A stretch of DNA of 42,148 bases from a virus (Duplodnaviria > Caudoviricetes): IMG/VR virus record IMGVR_UViG_3300020434_000087, positions 1 through 42,148 of that record, one strand, 5' to 3'. Made by a program: the position numbers and the translations under genes. The notes under the pieces were generated by a model. That model searched no databases. It saw only the letters and a program-made list of their open reading frames with translations, and was not told where the DNA came from. Positions 18,187-28,603 of this stretch are shown here, piece after piece (position 1 is the stretch's first letter; the number at the start of each line of letters is the position of its first letter).

Positions 18187-19146
18187 TTATCTCCAATAAT
18201 GAGGGCTATCGTGTTCTGGTACTCTTTCCCAATCATGATAAGGATTTGACGTCTCTTTATCAAGTCCTCCCTGTTCTGGATCTAAAAACTGTTTTTTATA
18301 TCTCCATTCTAAATAATCTGCTGAACTTATAGGGTCATGTTTAGCTGGCTCATCTGTCAAATTTTCAATCATTGTGTTTCTTGCTGGGCCTATAAAATGT
18401 GCTATTGTATATCTTGATCTATTCATTGATTTATTGACTACTCTATGTGGAATGGATTTTAATAAATCATTTGTCCACCTTTGAAACATGTCTGCTACCA
18501 TAACAGTAATAGAATTTTCTACTACAGGAACATCAACCCATTCATCTTTATAATAAATTTGTAATCCCTCACAGTCATCATTATATAATAGTGTCATTGT
18601 ATCGAAATCAGAATGCTCTCCACATCTTAATTGATTTTCCTTTATGGGAATGTCCCACCCAGGGTAATGAATAAACCTCATACCATTTATTGCATTTAAA
18701 TGCTTTTCAACAAAGTGTCCTTTAGGAATTTTTAGAATACTTTCAAATCTATAGAGTATTTCATGGACAATGAGTGTACTGATTCTATAAATTTTATCAG
18801 CATATTCTTTAAATCCTTCCACCTCTTTCGGCCAATACTGTTCTGGCATCTTACTTATATCAACGAAATTAAAGGTTTCTTTCATATCCCCAGGATTATC
18901 TATAACTAATTTTTCTTGTTCTGGCCAAATATATCCAATATTTTTAAAGTTTAATATTTGGGAATATTTCTTCTTAGTTTTCATAGGAAGAGCAAAAAAT
19001 TCTTGTGTCTTTTCATGCAAAGCATCGAAATCAGGTTTCCAACCCACCAGGTTTCCTGTAAAAATAGCTACACCAGTTGTGGTAAATGCGTTATACATTT
19101 TTTCTTCAACGTCTGGGTCATAGAAGTTAATTATTGGTATAGTCAT
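18187..19146 (-). CDS. 2OG-Fe(II) oxygenase, IPNS/DIOX family (paralog of 12503-13459)
   Basis: HSDFD, HRV, RYT; shared DMKET/DLKES, EQYWP and DMFxRWTNDL. Confidence 0.9.
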   Translation of the reverse strand: MTIPIINFYDPDVEEKMYNAFTTTGVAIFTGNLVGWKPDFDALHEKTQEFFALPMKTKKKYSQILNFKNIGYIWPEQEKLVIDNPGDMKETFNFVDISKMPEQYWPKEVEGFKEYADKIYRISTLIVHEILYRFESILKIPKGHFVEKHLNAINGMRFIHYPGWDIPIKENQLRCGEHSDFDTMTLLYNDDCEGLQIYYKDEWVDVPVVENSITVMVADMFQRWTNDLLKSIPHRVVNKSMNRSRYTIAHFIGPARNTMIENLTDEPAKHDPISSADYLEWRYKKQFLDPEQGGLDKETSNPYHDWERVPEHDSPHYWR

Positions 19147-19421
19147 ACTGCTGGATATTGTATATGTTTGTCTCTGGATATAGTAAACGTTCTTTCAGGA
19201 TCTCCCACAAATTTCCATTCTATGGGATTTTCAAAATCTCCCTTTTCAAATTTAAGGTCATACATTCCCCACCTTTCCTTTATATATTTTAGATCTTCTT
19301 CAGTTCTTTCACCATCATTGATTTTAAGATAGGTGACGCACTCTTCATAAAAGAAATTCTTCCATTTTGCCGGTACATCAAACATGAGATTTTTTGAGGT
19401 TTCTTTAAAGTTATAAGACAT
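19143..19421 (-). CDS. Hypothetical protein
   Basis: 92-aa ORF overlapping both neighbours. Confidence 0.6.
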   Translation of the reverse strand: MSYNFKETSKNLMFDVPAKWKNFFYEECVTYLKINDGERTEEDLKYIKERWGMYDLKFEKGDFENPIEWKFVGDPERTFTISRDKHIQYPAV

Positions 19422-19998
19422 ATTTGAATAGTTCTTTTAAACTGCGTTTGTTCACAAAAGTCGTAATAGATCTTCTTTGTTTGGTGGGTCCTTCTACGCG
19501 GTGGACAACATCACCAGAGAATAGAACAACTCTATCTTTATAATTTTCAAAAGGTCTTCCATTTAATATCAACCCTCCCCCATCACAACAATTAATAGTA
19601 AATACTGTATTATCAGTATGTTCATTCATCCCCCCTCGACTTGTTTTCTTCTCTGGTGGAGTATAATTGATTATATGGGAATCCAGTTCATATTTTTTAA
19701 ATATATGAAACAGTTTACTTCCAAATCTATATTTATATTCCCATCTCAATAGTTCTTTGATGATAACATTTAATGAAAGATGGTGTTTATGTAATAATTC
19801 TATTAATTTATTATCAGATATCACATTCTCTACTCGCATTTTATGAATATTAGAATATATTTTTAAATAATGAAATTTATTTGAGAATTGATTATAATGT
19901 TCTCTTATTAAATCCTTTTCTTCAAATTTGATATGATCAAAGACATCATCAAATGTTTTTCTTATTTCATCAGTTTTATTAAATTCTATAATTTTCAT
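19411..19998 (-). CDS. Short 2OG-Fe(II) oxygenase
   Basis: EHTDNTVFT, HRV, RRS facial triad and RxS motif. Confidence 0.72.
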   Translation of the reverse strand: MKIIEFNKTDEIRKTFDDVFDHIKFEEKDLIREHYNQFSNKFHYLKIYSNIHKMRVENVISDNKLIELLHKHHLSLNVIIKELLRWEYKYRFGSKLFHIFKKYELDSHIINYTPPEKKTSRGGMNEHTDNTVFTINCCDGGGLILNGRPFENYKDRVVLFSGDVVHRVEGPTKQRRSITTFVNKRSLKELFKYVL

Positions 19999-20803
19999 AT
20001 ATTCTCATTCTAAAAAACGTTTTCCCCTTTACATCATCTTTCCAGTAATTTGCACCACTATGTACACAATATGGACTAAATGAAAGTAGGTCACCTGGAT
20101 GGTAATTGAAATATTGATCAATATCCAATCCTTTCAACCAATTTTTATCTCTGATAACAATATGACAGAAATCATCACCAAAATCTTTTGGAGAACATGT
20201 GAGATCATTATGGTGTTTTAATGGTACTCCATAACAATCTCTCCATTCCATGTTTGAATAACCCTTTCCAAAAAATTTTTTAAACTTCCATTTATCCACG
20301 AATTTTGGTAAAAGACTAAACTTTTCTCTACTTCCAATTATATGCCATTCAGCCCCATTCTCCCAATCTGTAACCACATGCTGTTTAAATATTACAGTTC
20401 CTGCCCATTTATAAAAAGTATTCTCACAGTTAACATTTATAGGTACAAGAAATTGTCTAACAGGATAATTATCATGACGTATTTGCCCATCAATATGTGG
20501 TGCTGTTGGTGCATCATTATATAAGAGTTCTCCCCACAATTGTTCATACTTTAATTTGGGATACAATTTCTTTAATCCTTTCCACAAAAAAGGCTTATAC
20601 TTTTTATAAAAAGAACTATTCCAATTTAGAGTTCTTCCAGCATAATCCTTTCCTTGAGTGCGAAATCCATTATCAGTATAATCATTCCAAATCTTTGAAA
20701 TTTCATACTTATCAAAAAAAGATTCATAGAGTTCTGGCGGTTTCCAATGTGAGAAAAAATCATCCGTTTTATGATATACAAGTTCTTCTGCGCTTGGTGT
20801 CAT
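19979..20803 (-). CDS. Putative 2OG-Fe(II)/cupin oxygenase (paralog family A)
   Basis: PHIDG and GLDID...GDLLSFSPYCVH. Confidence 0.6.
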   Translation of the reverse strand: MTPSAEELVYHKTDDFFSHWKPPELYESFFDKYEISKIWNDYTDNGFRTQGKDYAGRTLNWNSSFYKKYKPFLWKGLKKLYPKLKYEQLWGELLYNDAPTAPHIDGQIRHDNYPVRQFLVPINVNCENTFYKWAGTVIFKQHVVTDWENGAEWHIIGSREKFSLLPKFVDKWKFKKFFGKGYSNMEWRDCYGVPLKHHNDLTCSPKDFGDDFCHIVIRDKNWLKGLDIDQYFNYHPGDLLSFSPYCVHSGANYWKDDVKGKTFFRMRIYENYRI

Positions 20804-21696
20804 TTTTTATTTTTTGTTGGTCTGATAGAGAATTTATCAACACCCCATTGTGCATCTCTTCCCCTATCCACTATTTCAATGTTGGGTCTTTTAGATTGAG
20901 TCTTTTTTGTTTCACGAGTCTTTTGTTTATCATCTGTCATCTCCTCATTATACTTTGGTCTACCCCAAGGCGGTCTATATGTAACATTATTGTCTCTTGC
21001 TTTGGATTTGTCTTTCTTCTTCTCTTCCAGTTCATCCTCAGAAATTAATTGTTCAACAAAAATCCCAACAACAACAATTCCATCTTTAATTATATCATTG
21101 TAGGTATAAAATCTTTCATCACCAAAAGATAATACTCCAGCATTAAATAATTTAAATTCTTCATGTGGTTCATAATACATTATTGAATTAGTTGAAGCCA
21201 TTAAATTAAATATTGAACCCTGCCTCTCATTTCCAAGTAAAAATTTATATCTATTTTTAGGAAAATAATAAATTTCAAAACAGATTGTAACCTCATCCTC
21301 ATTTATATTATTTTCCCTTCCATAAGTTTTTAATACATCTTGAATAGAATTTACATAATCATAAAATGGGGTCAAATCAATAGAATCTTCTTCAACGTCA
21401 TTTTCTAATGGTCCCAATGAATAAAAAAATGTCACATTCTCGCTGCCTTTTACTATTTGTTCAAAGAAAGACACAATTCTTGAAGAATCCATCTGAATAC
21501 ATCTAACAAGTGTAGAAGAACTATCCGGTATAATACCAAGTTCATGATGAATTTGGAATTTTTGTGCTGAATGTTCAAATGACTTATATGGTTCTTTAAA
21601 AAAAGAATCATCTCTGAGAATAATTTTTGAATATTCTGTTAATGCTTTTAAATGTGCTTTTTGGTCTTCTGTAAATTTAAAATATTTAAAATTCAT
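20800..21696 (-). CDS. Hypothetical protein
   Basis: 298-aa ORF with ATGA overlaps on both sides; charged low-complexity C-terminus. Confidence 0.65.
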   Translation of the reverse strand: MNFKYFKFTEDQKAHLKALTEYSKIILRDDSFFKEPYKSFEHSAQKFQIHHELGIIPDSSSTLVRCIQMDSSRIVSFFEQIVKGSENVTFFYSLGPLENDVEEDSIDLTPFYDYVNSIQDVLKTYGRENNINEDEVTICFEIYYFPKNRYKFLLGNERQGSIFNLMASTNSIMYYEPHEEFKLFNAGVLSFGDERFYTYNDIIKDGIVVVGIFVEQLISEDELEEKKKDKSKARDNNVTYRPPWGRPKYNEEMTDDKQKTRETKKTQSKRPNIEIVDRGRDAQWGVDKFSIRPTKNKK

Positions 21697-23546
21697 TTCT
21701 CTCCAACAATTCTAATAAAATATGGTCTTGGATCTTTAAGTGTTCCCTTAATTTTATTTATCAATCCGCGTCTAATTATTTTAGGTCTGCAAGATTCTGA
21801 AAGAATTATTTTAAATCCAGTTCTTTCAAATTTCTCTTTTGCTGACGAAGCACATTGTTTCCACCAATAGGGGTAATTCCCAGGATGCATTCCAGATAAA
21901 AATTTACATATTTCTGGTTCATACAAATTTCTCATATCCCAAAAATAATGATAAAATTTCCCACCCGGCTTTAACACTCTATAAGTTTCTTTCAGCCAAA
22001 CTTCTGACCTTTTCCCCAACCAATGTAATACTCCAAATGAGGTAATACAGTCAAATTCATCATTTGATAATGTTTTCCATAATTTAATATCTTCTAAATT
22101 TCCAATAATATCTACATTTGGGAATTTTTGATTATCAATTCCCACTATATTTTCAGTCATTAAATCTTTTTTATAGGGCATGTCGCCACACCCCATATCC
22201 AAATGTTTTCCAGAGGGCATTACAAATCTTCCACCCTCCCATGTTATAACTCCATTACATATTAAAGTATCTTCCAATTCCAGATGGCTTGAATTATTCA
22301 AGCTGATGCCACATCTTGGAAGATGGTTGGTGGGAAGCTGACCAATAAAGTATCTTCCAATACCAGATGGCTCGAATTCAAATCCTTCATATACCTTCTT
22401 TTTTATATAATTTCCATAATATTCTGGCCAGTTTTTATTAATCTTTTTTCTAAAAGCTTTTCGATGTTTATCAATTTCTTGCCAGTAAGGAGAATCTACT
22501 CTATTTGATAATCCATAAAAACTTTCAATAAAAAGAACATGTTGGTCAACCATCCGTCTATAATTTTTATTATAATGTTCAACAAAATACTTATCAATTG
22601 TAAATTGAAATGATTTTAACATCTCTTTAAATAACCAACAAGAATATACAACTAATAATAATGTTGTAGCTTCTAGTGGTTCTATGAATACTGATGATGT
22701 TCCAATTTTTAAGCTTTGTGAGGTACATGCATCAGTATTATATCTCGTAGCAAAAGGAACCGTCAAAGTCTTCTTTAATCCATAAGTTTTTAATAACTGT
22801 TCTTTAATCTCTTCTTCAGTATTATATCTAGAACAAAAGACTCTACCAACTCCTACCTTATTTTGTAGAGGGATTTCCCAAGCCCATCCATTATCTTTTG
22901 CGATGGTTCTTGTATAATATCTTCCTTTAGTATCTCCAAAATGTTCGACATGTCCGGCGATTGCCGTATCATTAATAATTAATGGAGAAATGTTTCCTCC
23001 CTCTAATCCTTTAAATCCTCTACAATCTATAACAAATTCAGAAGTATCATCAAAATCAAAATGCTTATCAATCAATTTGATTCCCATTTCTTCACATTTT
23101 TCGATTAATATGGGTTGTAATAGAACTGATTGCATTTGCCATGCGCGTCTTGAGGAACATGTGGGTAAGTTAGAAGATGTCGCTGAAAATACTTCTCTTT
23201 CGCATTCTTCTATATTATCAAATCTATCATCACACAGTGGGAATGTCATTGAACTATCTTCAGACGAACCTGGTACATTAGCCCAACCATCATGTTTAAT
23301 ATAAAATTTATAAGTTGCGTTTGTTTTGTCCATCCAAGATTCGTCTTCAAAAACTTTTTCAAAAAAGAATCTCATATATGGTTGCATGCTTTCACCAACA
23401 ACCAGAGGTTTTATCTTGGAGTCATAATAAATCTCAATCTCCATGTCTGGAACCATTTTTTTAAAATAAGTAGCAAATATCAAACCGGCAGTTCCAGAAC
23501 CAACAATTCTTAATTTATCAATAGCTTTCGGTATTTCCATATGCAA
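21693..23546 (-). CDS. Tryptophan-halogenase-like flavoprotein fused to a class I SAM methyltransferase
   Basis: GSGTAG, VGES, ATYK, GWAWEIPL, FIEPLEAT; C-terminal LDMGCG, FDCI, VLHW, RVLKPGG. Confidence 0.85.
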   Translation of the reverse strand: MHMEIPKAIDKLRIVGSGTAGLIFATYFKKMVPDMEIEIYYDSKIKPLVVGESMQPYMRFFFEKVFEDESWMDKTNATYKFYIKHDGWANVPGSSEDSSMTFPLCDDRFDNIEECEREVFSATSSNLPTCSSRRAWQMQSVLLQPILIEKCEEMGIKLIDKHFDFDDTSEFVIDCRGFKGLEGGNISPLIINDTAIAGHVEHFGDTKGRYYTRTIAKDNGWAWEIPLQNKVGVGRVFCSRYNTEEEIKEQLLKTYGLKKTLTVPFATRYNTDACTSQSLKIGTSSVFIEPLEATTLLLVVYSCWLFKEMLKSFQFTIDKYFVEHYNKNYRRMVDQHVLFIESFYGLSNRVDSPYWQEIDKHRKAFRKKINKNWPEYYGNYIKKKVYEGFEFEPSGIGRYFIGQLPTNHLPRCGISLNNSSHLELEDTLICNGVITWEGGRFVMPSGKHLDMGCGDMPYKKDLMTENIVGIDNQKFPNVDIIGNLEDIKLWKTLSNDEFDCITSFGVLHWLGKRSEVWLKETYRVLKPGGKFYHYFWDMRNLYEPEICKFLSGMHPGNYPYWWKQCASSAKEKFERTGFKIILSESCRPKIIRRGLINKIKGTLKDPRPYFIRIVGEK

Positions 23547-24372
23547 ATTGGTGTTTTCCAGATTTTGGTTTAAATATAATTCCTGTCAAGAAATACTTTT
23601 CATACCATGTTCCATCATCATTTTTTTCAAATTTTGTACCACGACAATCCGTACTACTATGTAAATTGCTGCAGGGGAAAAATTGAATTGTTCCAACATC
23701 CCATTCTGCTATTGTATGAATATTTAATCCATACATTTGTTGTACAGGAATATTCATTAGATTCATTTTCTTCATATATTCTTCTCTAAAAACTTCCGTA
23801 GTTGGTAAGTCAAGCCGCACTTCTTTTCCTGTTTTCATATCCTTTAAATGTTTTTGTTCAAAGCCCTGCCACTTATTATCTTTTCCAACTTTCCTAAAAC
23901 TAGTTTTATCTACTCTAACATTAAAATCATCATCATCCATGCATTTATCATAATAAGTGGTTGGTGATCCAGGTGTCAACGGTATTGAAAATCGAGTATA
24001 TACTTCATGATGTTCTCCATAATTATTATCACTATCAGTATGCACTTGATGACTCAATGGTTGTAATTTTTTCATTGAACAATGTACTTGTGAATCAAGT
24101 GGAATATCAACTTCTTTATACAATTTTTTAAACCAATACCTTAAATCATTATTAAATTTTGGAAGATTTAATTGCCATTTAAATGTTTTCCCACCAGTAT
24201 TTTCTGCTTTCAGTTCATCAATATGTCGATATTTTCCCTGCATAACACCATCAACTTTAATTGCTGGATGTGTAGTTATATCCTTAGAATCAGTTACTAT
24301 ATATCTATCGAACATATCTGATAGTTTTAATGTGGTCGGCGTTTCCATTATTATAATATCATTAATAGGCAT
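23518..24372 (-). CDS. Putative 2OG-Fe(II)/cupin oxygenase (paralog family A)
   Basis: VHTD and GLNIH...GTIQFFPCSNLH. Confidence 0.55.
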   Translation of the reverse strand: MPINDIIIMETPTTLKLSDMFDRYIVTDSKDITTHPAIKVDGVMQGKYRHIDELKAENTGGKTFKWQLNLPKFNNDLRYWFKKLYKEVDIPLDSQVHCSMKKLQPLSHQVHTDSDNNYGEHHEVYTRFSIPLTPGSPTTYYDKCMDDDDFNVRVDKTSFRKVGKDNKWQGFEQKHLKDMKTGKEVRLDLPTTEVFREEYMKKMNLMNIPVQQMYGLNIHTIAEWDVGTIQFFPCSNLHSSTDCRGTKFEKNDDGTWYEKYFLTGIIFKPKSGKHQFAYGNTESY

Positions 24373-25591
24373 AATTATATCTCTCTTCTAACATTTTTAA
24401 AAAATCTAACCCCCTAACTTGTTTCAATAGTTCACAATAATTTGGAAATTGATTTAACATTTTTACGTTAAATACCTTTGTATCACTAAATGAATTCTTT
24501 ACTTTAATATAATTTGCATGAGATAACATAGATTCCACTTCACTCAATATTTGTTCTTTTACTACTTCAGGTAACATACATGGATGAGTAAATCCTTTTG
24601 CTCCAAAATACTCTGGCTCTTCCCATTCATTAAGATCTTCTCTTGAATCTCTGACTATTTTTCTATCTTTCACATCTATTAGTGGCTCATTATCTGCTAT
24701 ATTAATATAATATTCAAAATCATATTTTTTACAAAAATCTAAAAATTCCTTCAAACCTATACCACTAAAAGAAGTTAAAGTAAAATATAAATCGCATTTA
24801 AATTTAAATCTAAATCTTTTATCAAACTCTTTCATATAGAGAATGTTCTTCTTTACTTTCTCCCAATTAGCGGGGAACCTTTGAAATTCGAATACATCTC
24901 CAATACCATCAATACTAAAATTAATCATAGCCTTCTTAAATTTTTTAAGGCCATCCATTATTGGTTTATTAAGAATAGTGCCATTAGTATTACATCTAAA
25001 TATAACATTTCTTAATTTTTTATATGGTATTTCTGAAATAATTTTCCAAAATTCTTTAGACAAGAAAGGTTCACCACCATAAATCTCAACAGTCTTTTCC
25101 GCGAATGATCTTGTCTCTATAAAATCTTTAATAGTTCTTTTCAGCACCTCAGTTGATAATTTAGATGCGGATTCTTTCACAAGATTTTTTCTCATACCCT
25201 TTAATTTATCAACATCCTCATTCCATTTTGTGGAATATTTTGGACTACACATTATACATTTTAAATTACAAATATTTGATAAATTAAGCTGTAGAAAAGT
25301 TGGAAAAGCTAAAGGTGTTTTGTAATATTTTCCTTGTCGTACAAGTTCATCTAAGCGTTTTGAATCATTAAATAATTCTTCCCTTTGATAACATAATTGA
25401 CAATCATCATAGTACTTATCATCTAACATGTTTTTTCTGATATCTTTCATTTTATCAGAATGCCAAAAATGTTTTAAATCACCATCCATAGTATAACGAT
25501 GACCACTATTACAACACAATTTTGCATGTTCATTACTATTTAACTCTACACTAAAAAATGGAATAGGACAATAACGCTTAAATTTATTCAT
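24362..25591 (-). CDS. Radical SAM protein with N-terminal twitch/SPASM-like domain
   Basis: YCPIPF...LCC...CQLC N-terminus; CNLKCIMC; GGEP; TNGT; SIDG. Confidence 0.9.
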   Translation of the reverse strand: MNKFKRYCPIPFFSVELNSNEHAKLCCNSGHRYTMDGDLKHFWHSDKMKDIRKNMLDDKYYDDCQLCYQREELFNDSKRLDELVRQGKYYKTPLAFPTFLQLNLSNICNLKCIMCSPKYSTKWNEDVDKLKGMRKNLVKESASKLSTEVLKRTIKDFIETRSFAEKTVEIYGGEPFLSKEFWKIISEIPYKKLRNVIFRCNTNGTILNKPIMDGLKKFKKAMINFSIDGIGDVFEFQRFPANWEKVKKNILYMKEFDKRFRFKFKCDLYFTLTSFSGIGLKEFLDFCKKYDFEYYINIADNEPLIDVKDRKIVRDSREDLNEWEEPEYFGAKGFTHPCMLPEVVKEQILSEVESMLSHANYIKVKNSFSDTKVFNVKMLNQFPNYCELLKQVRGLDFLKMLEERYNYAY

Positions 25592-26411
25592 GAATTCTTT
25601 TATATAAAATTATTCTTAATGCCCATTTACCACCAGGAATAAGTTCATCATAGCCCTTAGTCATATGCATTTGATATGGATTAAATGTGGCAAGATCTCC
25701 CAAGTGCATTGTTACTTCTCTGTCTATATCTAATCCATATTGCATTTGACCTTCATGAGTGAATGTGACGTGCTGATAATCTTTCTCTTCCCCCTTTGGT
25801 ATAAAGGAATTTTTATGATTCTCTAATCTGTTTCCTTTAAAATCCTCCCAGACTTTAGGTACTGTATTATGTTCAAAACAATAATCTAATTCCATTCCAC
25901 CACGTTTATATTCATTTGTATGCTGTTTAAATGTAATTAATGATGTAGTTAAATCATCAACATCATCTTCCTCTGTATCAAAAGCTAATAGAGCAACACA
26001 AGATTTGATTATATAAAACTTATTTTCATGAGGATAATTCCCATCCACATGTGGTTTGGTTGGTTGTTCTAAATTTAATAATGATAGTGAATTTTTAATA
26101 GTAAAAGATGAAGGATCTTCATCCGGAAACATTAATGATACCATCCTTCTTTCCAAAAGTTCTTCATACTTAGCACTTTGTACCTTAAAAATGCTCGGAT
26201 ATCTTCCTTGAGTATCACCTTGTGGAAGTTTTTGTAGATTAAAAATATCATATCTTTCTTCCTCTGAGAGAAAATTCTCAAAATGATAATTTTTATCACT
26301 ATATTCGAATAAATGTTTACGACTCTTCGTTTCACTTATTTTTAGATGATTTCTTGAAAAAGTTTTTAATTCTTTAGTATTTCTGAGTTCTGCAGATGAT
26401 TCTGTTTTCAT
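25584..26411 (-). CDS. Putative 2OG-Fe(II)/cupin oxygenase (paralog family A)
   Basis: PHVDG, FKQH, GLDID...GDLATFNPYQMH. Confidence 0.6.
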   Translation of the reverse strand: MKTESSAELRNTKELKTFSRNHLKISETKSRKHLFEYSDKNYHFENFLSEEERYDIFNLQKLPQGDTQGRYPSIFKVQSAKYEELLERRMVSLMFPDEDPSSFTIKNSLSLLNLEQPTKPHVDGNYPHENKFYIIKSCVALLAFDTEEDDVDDLTTSLITFKQHTNEYKRGGMELDYCFEHNTVPKVWEDFKGNRLENHKNSFIPKGEEKDYQHVTFTHEGQMQYGLDIDREVTMHLGDLATFNPYQMHMTKGYDELIPGGKWALRIILYKRIHE

Positions 26412-27322
26412 GCTAGTGGATTAGTCAGGGTATGTTTCTTTTTGCTGTCTTTTAAAATTTCCTTTAATTCTTCTACAACTCTTTCTGGTCTTATTTCAAC
26501 CTTAGATGGATGATCTGACAAAAGATTTGCATTCCAATCATGACCAATCATATCAGGCTGTGTCGCCCTTCCCCACATTACCACTCCACGTTTTATATTT
26601 CCTCGCTGAGCAGCAAAATGATGAATACAACTATCTATAGTAACAAAACCTAAACATTCTTGTGTCATTGCAAATAATGCGGATAATTTTTCATCCTCAA
26701 GACGAGCAACTCTCGGCAACATATCCACATTTGCACTATATCTATCATTTTTAGTTCTGACTATTAAAAGCCAAATATCTTTAAATTCTTCATGTAGTGC
26801 AGAAATTAAGTTATAATCCTGTTCATAATTTCTCTCTATAATCATTTGATCATGGTGTTGTGGATTTGTAGGACTCATTGGGTTTGTACCACCCTTTAAT
26901 TGGATTATAATAAATGGATTACCTCTCATATGTTGAAATATTTCCATTATATAAACCTTATCTGGTTCTTGAATTGCTAAATCAATGCACGTATCTCCTT
27001 TTTCTAAACCATATTGTTGTCTCCACGCATCCACAATATGTATATTTTCTTTAAGATATACTGAATTATAAGGTTCATGAAAAATGATATTATTAAAATA
27101 TTTCTTATAATCTACATGCATATCTCCTATTTTTATAGAAGAATGTATCTTTGGATTTCCTTCATATAAATCAGGCCAGGGAGATGATACGGAAATTAAT
27201 GTATTTGGATCTTTTGTTATTAGATCCTGTATCATATTTGACCAAAGGGCGACTTTACCAATGCCATTTTGGATAATATGTAAATCTGATTTTACCTCAA
27301 TTTTGGGCCAATGTACCAACAT
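26408..27322 (-). CDS. Glycosyltransferase family 9-like protein
   Basis: GIGK, NPKI, IIIQLKGG, TIDSCIHHFAA, GVVMWG. Confidence 0.65.
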   Translation of the reverse strand: MLVHWPKIEVKSDLHIIQNGIGKVALWSNMIQDLITKDPNTLISVSSPWPDLYEGNPKIHSSIKIGDMHVDYKKYFNNIIFHEPYNSVYLKENIHIVDAWRQQYGLEKGDTCIDLAIQEPDKVYIMEIFQHMRGNPFIIIQLKGGTNPMSPTNPQHHDQMIIERNYEQDYNLISALHEEFKDIWLLIVRTKNDRYSANVDMLPRVARLEDEKLSALFAMTQECLGFVTIDSCIHHFAAQRGNIKRGVVMWGRATQPDMIGHDWNANLLSDHPSKVEIRPERVVEELKEILKDSKKKHTLTNPLA

Positions 27323-27945
27323 ATAAATGCCTTTCTTTCACCTTTTGTAATTTTATTAACAGAGTGGGTCGCAAAAGTGGGAAAAATGAAAATACTTCCT
27401 CTTTCTCTTTGATATTTTGGTTGAGCAATTTCATCATCACAACATACTAAAGTTTCTCCTCCATCATATTCACTGCTATCACATAATTGTATTATTATTG
27501 TTATTTTTCTATCATAATGATTGTTATCCCAATGATTTGTATCATCATGCGGTTGAAACCAATCACCAGTTCCATACCACATTAATTGCTTAGACATCAA
27601 TCCAAAACTAATATCAAGGAAAAAACATTCTTTATTTGCCTGTTGTACATAATTATCAATTTTATTTTCAAACCACAATAATTCATCCGGATCCTTCCCC
27701 TCCAAAAACATATGTTTTCTACTTCTCAACTCTCTAAAATACTTATACCAAGGACTATCAGGAGTAACATCATCTTCAACAAAACATTCGTCTTCATTCC
27801 AATAAGTCCAAAGTTTGTCACACTCCTCGTCTGTAAAAACATTTCTTTTAAAGAAATATGGTTTTCTAGCATCAGACATTTCCTGATAACCATGTTCCTC
27901 TAAAATGTTGTCTGTTACATTTATATCATTTGGTGAAGTAATCAT
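27292..27945 (-). CDS. 2OG-Fe(II) oxygenase, prolyl-4-hydroxylase/PKHD-like, intact
   Basis: PHDD, RKIT, YDGGE, FPTFATHSV, GER. Confidence 0.88.
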   Translation of the reverse strand: MITSPNDINVTDNILEEHGYQEMSDARKPYFFKRNVFTDEECDKLWTYWNEDECFVEDDVTPDSPWYKYFRELRSRKHMFLEGKDPDELLWFENKIDNYVQQANKECFFLDISFGLMSKQLMWYGTGDWFQPHDDTNHWDNNHYDRKITIIIQLCDSSEYDGGETLVCCDDEIAQPKYQRERGSIFIFPTFATHSVNKITKGERKAFICWYIGPKLR

Positions 27946-28595
27946 CTAAATTTAGGTCCTATTACGTTAACAACTAAAAGTTTTTTACATCCTTTTATAA
28001 TATCAGAAATATTATAATAATAGTATGCAGGAATTACTATTACACTACCTTTATTTAAATGCTGTTTTGGAAATGGAATTGTGCTCATATATTCACCATA
28101 TTCGCCACCCTCATATTCACTATTATCACTTAATTCCACAAGAAGTGTTATTTTTTTATCAAAAGCTAATGGATTAAACCACCAATCACAATCATGATGC
28201 CAATGCCAATGGTCGCCCACATGAAACTTTTTTAATGTTAAAAATTCTACTGAAGTTATATCTATCATAAAATTGGTATTGTTTGCATCGTCTACCAATT
28301 CCTTTAATGGTCTTCTTAACCACCTCAAACCTTTTCTTTTTATATTTTCATTTAAACTAATATATTCAAATCTTGACTTTCCATTATTAAATTTTTTATA
28401 AGGGAATTCTTCTACAATATTGAGTAATTTATCACATAAAGTGGGATGGAAAAATTTATCATAAATCACATAAGGGGATTTTTTATATTGAATAATATGA
28501 TAATCTTCATCAGGGCCAAAATGTGGATAATTTATTGCCCCGCCTTCAGTTGCATCATATTCTGGATCATTTGACATATCATGTCTACCTTCCAT
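27942..28595 (-). CDS. PKHD-like 2OG-Fe(II) oxygenase lacking the distal His
   Basis: WHHD, KKIT, YEGGE, but IPAYYYYNI at the distal His position. Confidence 0.75.
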   Translation of the reverse strand: MEGRHDMSNDPEYDATEGGAINYPHFGPDEDYHIIQYKKSPYVIYDKFFHPTLCDKLLNIVEEFPYKKFNNGKSRFEYISLNENIKRKGLRWLRRPLKELVDDANNTNFMIDITSVEFLTLKKFHVGDHWHWHHDCDWWFNPLAFDKKITLLVELSDNSEYEGGEYGEYMSTIPFPKQHLNKGSVIVIPAYYYYNISDIIKGCKKLLVVNVIGPKFR

Positions 28596-28603
28596 AATAA
28601 CTC

